Position numbers and translations under genes: made by a program. A DNA stretch of 64,000 nucleotides from Azolla caroliniana (Eukaryota; Plantae; Polypodiophyta): positions 10,664,001-10,728,000 of the forward strand of contig JBHGNT010000014.1 of NCBI GenBank assembly GCA_043228905.1, in the 5' to 3' direction. This document shows, piece after piece, positions 61,001-64,000 of this stretch (position 1 is its first letter; each line of letters opens with the position of its first letter). The notes under the pieces were generated by a model that searched no databases, was not told the DNA's origin, and saw only the letters and a list, made by a program, of their open reading frames with translations.

Positions 61001-62571
61001 AACCACATGTCTTCCGAGTTGGAGGTGCTTGTGGAGTTTGAGGCCGACATAGAGTTCGCTCTATGCCTCATTATGAATAGTCCGCCGTAATCATCGTATT
61101 CGGAGTTGACGGCGTAATTTGTGTGTTGTTGACTTGTGGAAGCCGATTCGCTTCTTCTTTTTCGACATTCCTCCTCGCGGTGGCCAATTTTGCTGCAATA
61201 TTTGCAAGTTTTGGGCCTCGTTTGCCGACCATGTTCGGTGTGGAAGCTCCCCCTTCTTCCGAAGGTTCCTCGATGGCTTTTGTGAAGGTTTGAGTTCCCT
61301 TCGTGTGATGGGTCGAATTGACCTCTTCTACTTCTGTGACCTCCTCCTCGGCCACTGTCCGAATTCGAGAAGAACATTTGTCCTTCCGATGTCTTGCTTT
61401 TGGTTCAGACGTGGTTCTGTTCGACCAATAGCATTGATTGGAGGTCGAAGAATGAAGGAGGGTTTTCTCTCGCCAAGATTGTTGTCCGTAATGGATCGAA
61501 TTGTTGTGCGAGGCCGCCCAAGCATACTTGAACCATCTCGTCTTTGTCGACATTTATTTTGATGGAGCCAAGCGAGTCACAAATGCTCTTGATCTTGGCG
61601 GTGTAGTCCGACACAGACATGTCTTTTTGCCGAATGTTGTTCAACTTTTGTCGGAGTTGAAGCTTTCGGGCAGTCGTGTTGGCGGCAAACATTTTCTTTA
61701 AGTTCGCCCACGCTTCTTTAGGCGTCTTGGCGTCTTGAATGTGGCTAAGCATGTGGTCGTGGACACATGTTGCCAAGCAATACATGACTCGGCTCGTCGC
61801 TTGCTCCCATGTTGTGTAGTCAGCGTCCTTTGAGTCGGGTCGATTTTCTTGAGCGCCGTTGATGTAGCTCCAATACCCTTGACCGATGAGGTATTGGGTC
61901 ATCTTGTACTGCCAAGATGAATAATTGCTTTGATCTAGCTTTTCACTAGGCAGCGAGCTACCCATTTGTGTGTTCTTGTTGATTGTGTCTTCTCCTCTTT
62001 CGCTTTTCTTCCTTCGATCACGTACACGTGCTACGTAGCAGCACTACGATAGCCGATAGCTGGATTTTGTCGTCGACGTCTCGAACACACAATCATAGAG
62101 TCGGATGGGCTTAGTGGATTTTCTAAACCACACGCTCTGATACCATGTTAAGAATTAGGTAAGTAATTAAGAGTTAATTAGTACGTAATTATGTGATTAA
62201 GTTAAGTGCGGAAGATTATGTGATATGTGTGTGAGAGGAAGAGAGAGAAGAGAGATACACTTATGAACAACACAAGATGGGGGATGAGTAAACTAGAGTG
62301 TATATTATAAAACATCATCAAATACAAAAATACCCACAATGAGGTATATATACATCTCATGTGCAAGGGTGCACATGTGTGAGTGGAATATAGTACTAAG
62401 GTGTAAGTCCTATATTAAATGTACTTAGGAGTGGAGGATCTAGAATATCCCACTTAAGTACAAGTCCTATATTAAATGTACTCAGTACTTCTAACTAGAT
62501 TCTATCTAGGTAACCACGAAGTTACATGGTTGACTAACTAACTAAACTAAGTTGAGCTTGATCTCTCAACA
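58029..62571 (-). mobile_element. Copia K (F-like family) with RT and RNase H deleted
   Basis: LTRs at 58029-58459 and 62146-62571; perfect TSD GTTCG; PBS-Met at 62134-62145(-); gag from 61965; coding homology stops at ..RNPRWVEVVN, about 150 bp from the PPT. Confidence 0.93.
59950..60581 (+). repeat. Solo LTR inserted in the copia K integrase zinc-binding motif
   Basis: TG..CA termini; perfect TSD TTATG; host reads WHKRFGHI|NLQRL across it. Confidence 0.95.
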
Positions 62572-64000
62572 GTTCGGCTTGCCGAAATTTTTTGGCCGGA
62601 GTGGCCAAGTTTGCGAAGCCTACCAACTCTAGAAGCAGCACGGACTTCCATTCCCCAACGAGCGTAATCGGAGCCAAAATTTACTCGATTTAATCCATTT
62701 GGATGTGTGGGGACCGGCACAAATCATGAGTCTCGGTGGAAGCCAATATTTCATGACTTTCATCAATTATTACACTCGGCATACATGGGCATGTACGATC
62801 GTGAAGAAGAGCGAAGTCTTCGCGTGTTTTCTGAAGGTGAAGAGCCTTGTGGAAAGGGAAACAGGTCGTAAAATCAAGTGCCTCAGGTCTGATGGCGGGA
62901 AGGAATACCTCTCCGACCAGTTCACAAGTTATCTACAAAAGGAAGGGATTCAACGCAAATTCTCGTGTAGATACACGTCGTAGCAAAATTGCGTGGCCGA
63001 GCGAAAGAATCGAACGATAGAGGAAGTGGCCAATGCAATGCTTGAAGAGAAGCATATGCCAAAATTCTATTGGGCTGAAGTCGTCTGGTCAGTCGTTTAC
63101 TTGCAGAATCAAACCTCTGCCAATGGAGGAGTGTCGCCACATGAGCTATACTTCGGCAAGAAGCTGAACTTGGCACACTTGAGGATTTTCGACAGCATCG
63201 TGTATGTGCATGTGCCGAAGGAGAAGTGGAGGAAGCTGGACACCAAAGCCGAGAAGTGTATCTTGGTCGGCTACTCAGATGAACAAAAGGGGTATAAGTG
63301 CTATAACCCTCGAACGAAGCCGAGATGTCGTGTTCGACGAGTTCGTCTCGTGGTACTTGCCTTTGCCTCCAGAACCTAATGACTCCATTCTGAATTCTAA
63401 GGAAGAGGTTAGTGGGGCTGAGCTGCCTTCGCATAATGAGGAAATCAGAGCTCTAAGAGAGAGTCTGATCTCATTTCGGCTAAGCGGGCCGAATTAGGAG
63501 TTAAGCCGAGATGGTCAACTGTGTGAAGAGCCGGCGAGTAGTGGAGAGTTGGTCGTGCTGTCCCCGTGTAAGGAACCGAGGAGACGGTTCACGCATAGAG
63601 AGAAAGGGAAGAAGAAGATGTCGGAGTACGAGTCCGGTAGTGCTGAGTCAGATGACTTCGGACCAATCAGAAAGGAACATCCGCGGAAGAGGTCGAAATC
63701 AGGCGAGAAGGCCGTGAAATCGGGTAATCACGAATCACGCTGATCTACCCGCCTAAAGAACCCCGTAAAGAGATATGGGTATAATGAGTACATGGCGCAC
63801 CATTATGCGTACATGACGTGAGTGGCGGAAGTGCGTGAGCCGCAGAGCTACTTAGAAGCAGCAAAAGACGCGAATTGGCATGCCGCGATGGAGGAGGAGA
63901 TGCGCGCATTATTGGGCAACGAGACTAGGGACCTGGTTGACGCACCGAAGGGTGTGAAGCCGATTGGATGCAAGTGGGTGTACAATGTCAAGTACAACAC

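Larger units (their letters stand above)
56088..64000 (+). mobile_element. Copia J (E-like family) inserted in the RT of G; split by K; continues off the window
   Basis: 5' LTR at 56088-56468; PBS-Met at 56469-56480; gag from 56551; ..KNIVF|GLPKF rejoins across 58029-62571; IN and RT start run to 64000. Confidence 0.9.

Overview
Eukaryotic land-plant genomic DNA, roughly 80% transposable elements. The element types suggest a seed-free plant such as a fern, which is an inference. One apparent host gene, a two-exon R2R3-MYB with a subgroup-21-type FxDFL motif (39732-41055, +), lies in an AT-rich island of about 11 kb between two deeply nested retroelement stacks. The left stack (633-32043) is one old minus-strand Ty1/copia element (A). 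It hosts a tRNA-Trp-primed Ty3/gypsy element (D), which has a young copia (E) inside its LTR. It also hosts a CACTA-like fragment carrying a spliced unknown gene, two Gag-only non-autonomous tRNA-Trp-primed elements (C1, C2) in tandem at one 4-bp target, and an RT-deleted copia (B) with minisatellite-bearing LTRs. The right stack (43265 to beyond 64000) is copia G, which contains non-autonomous LTR element H (itself holding copia F, a LINE fragment and a solo LTR) and copia J (holding copia K, which holds a solo LTR). The most unusual signals are a tRNA-like A-box/B-box module in the LTRs of the Trp-primed gypsy family, present in both orientations; a GGATTTT -1 frameshift between protease and RT; Gag-only elements with repeated acidic modules; and hairpins that enclose the PPT/LTR junction in two copia lineages. 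All coordinates were read by eye and no database searches were run.
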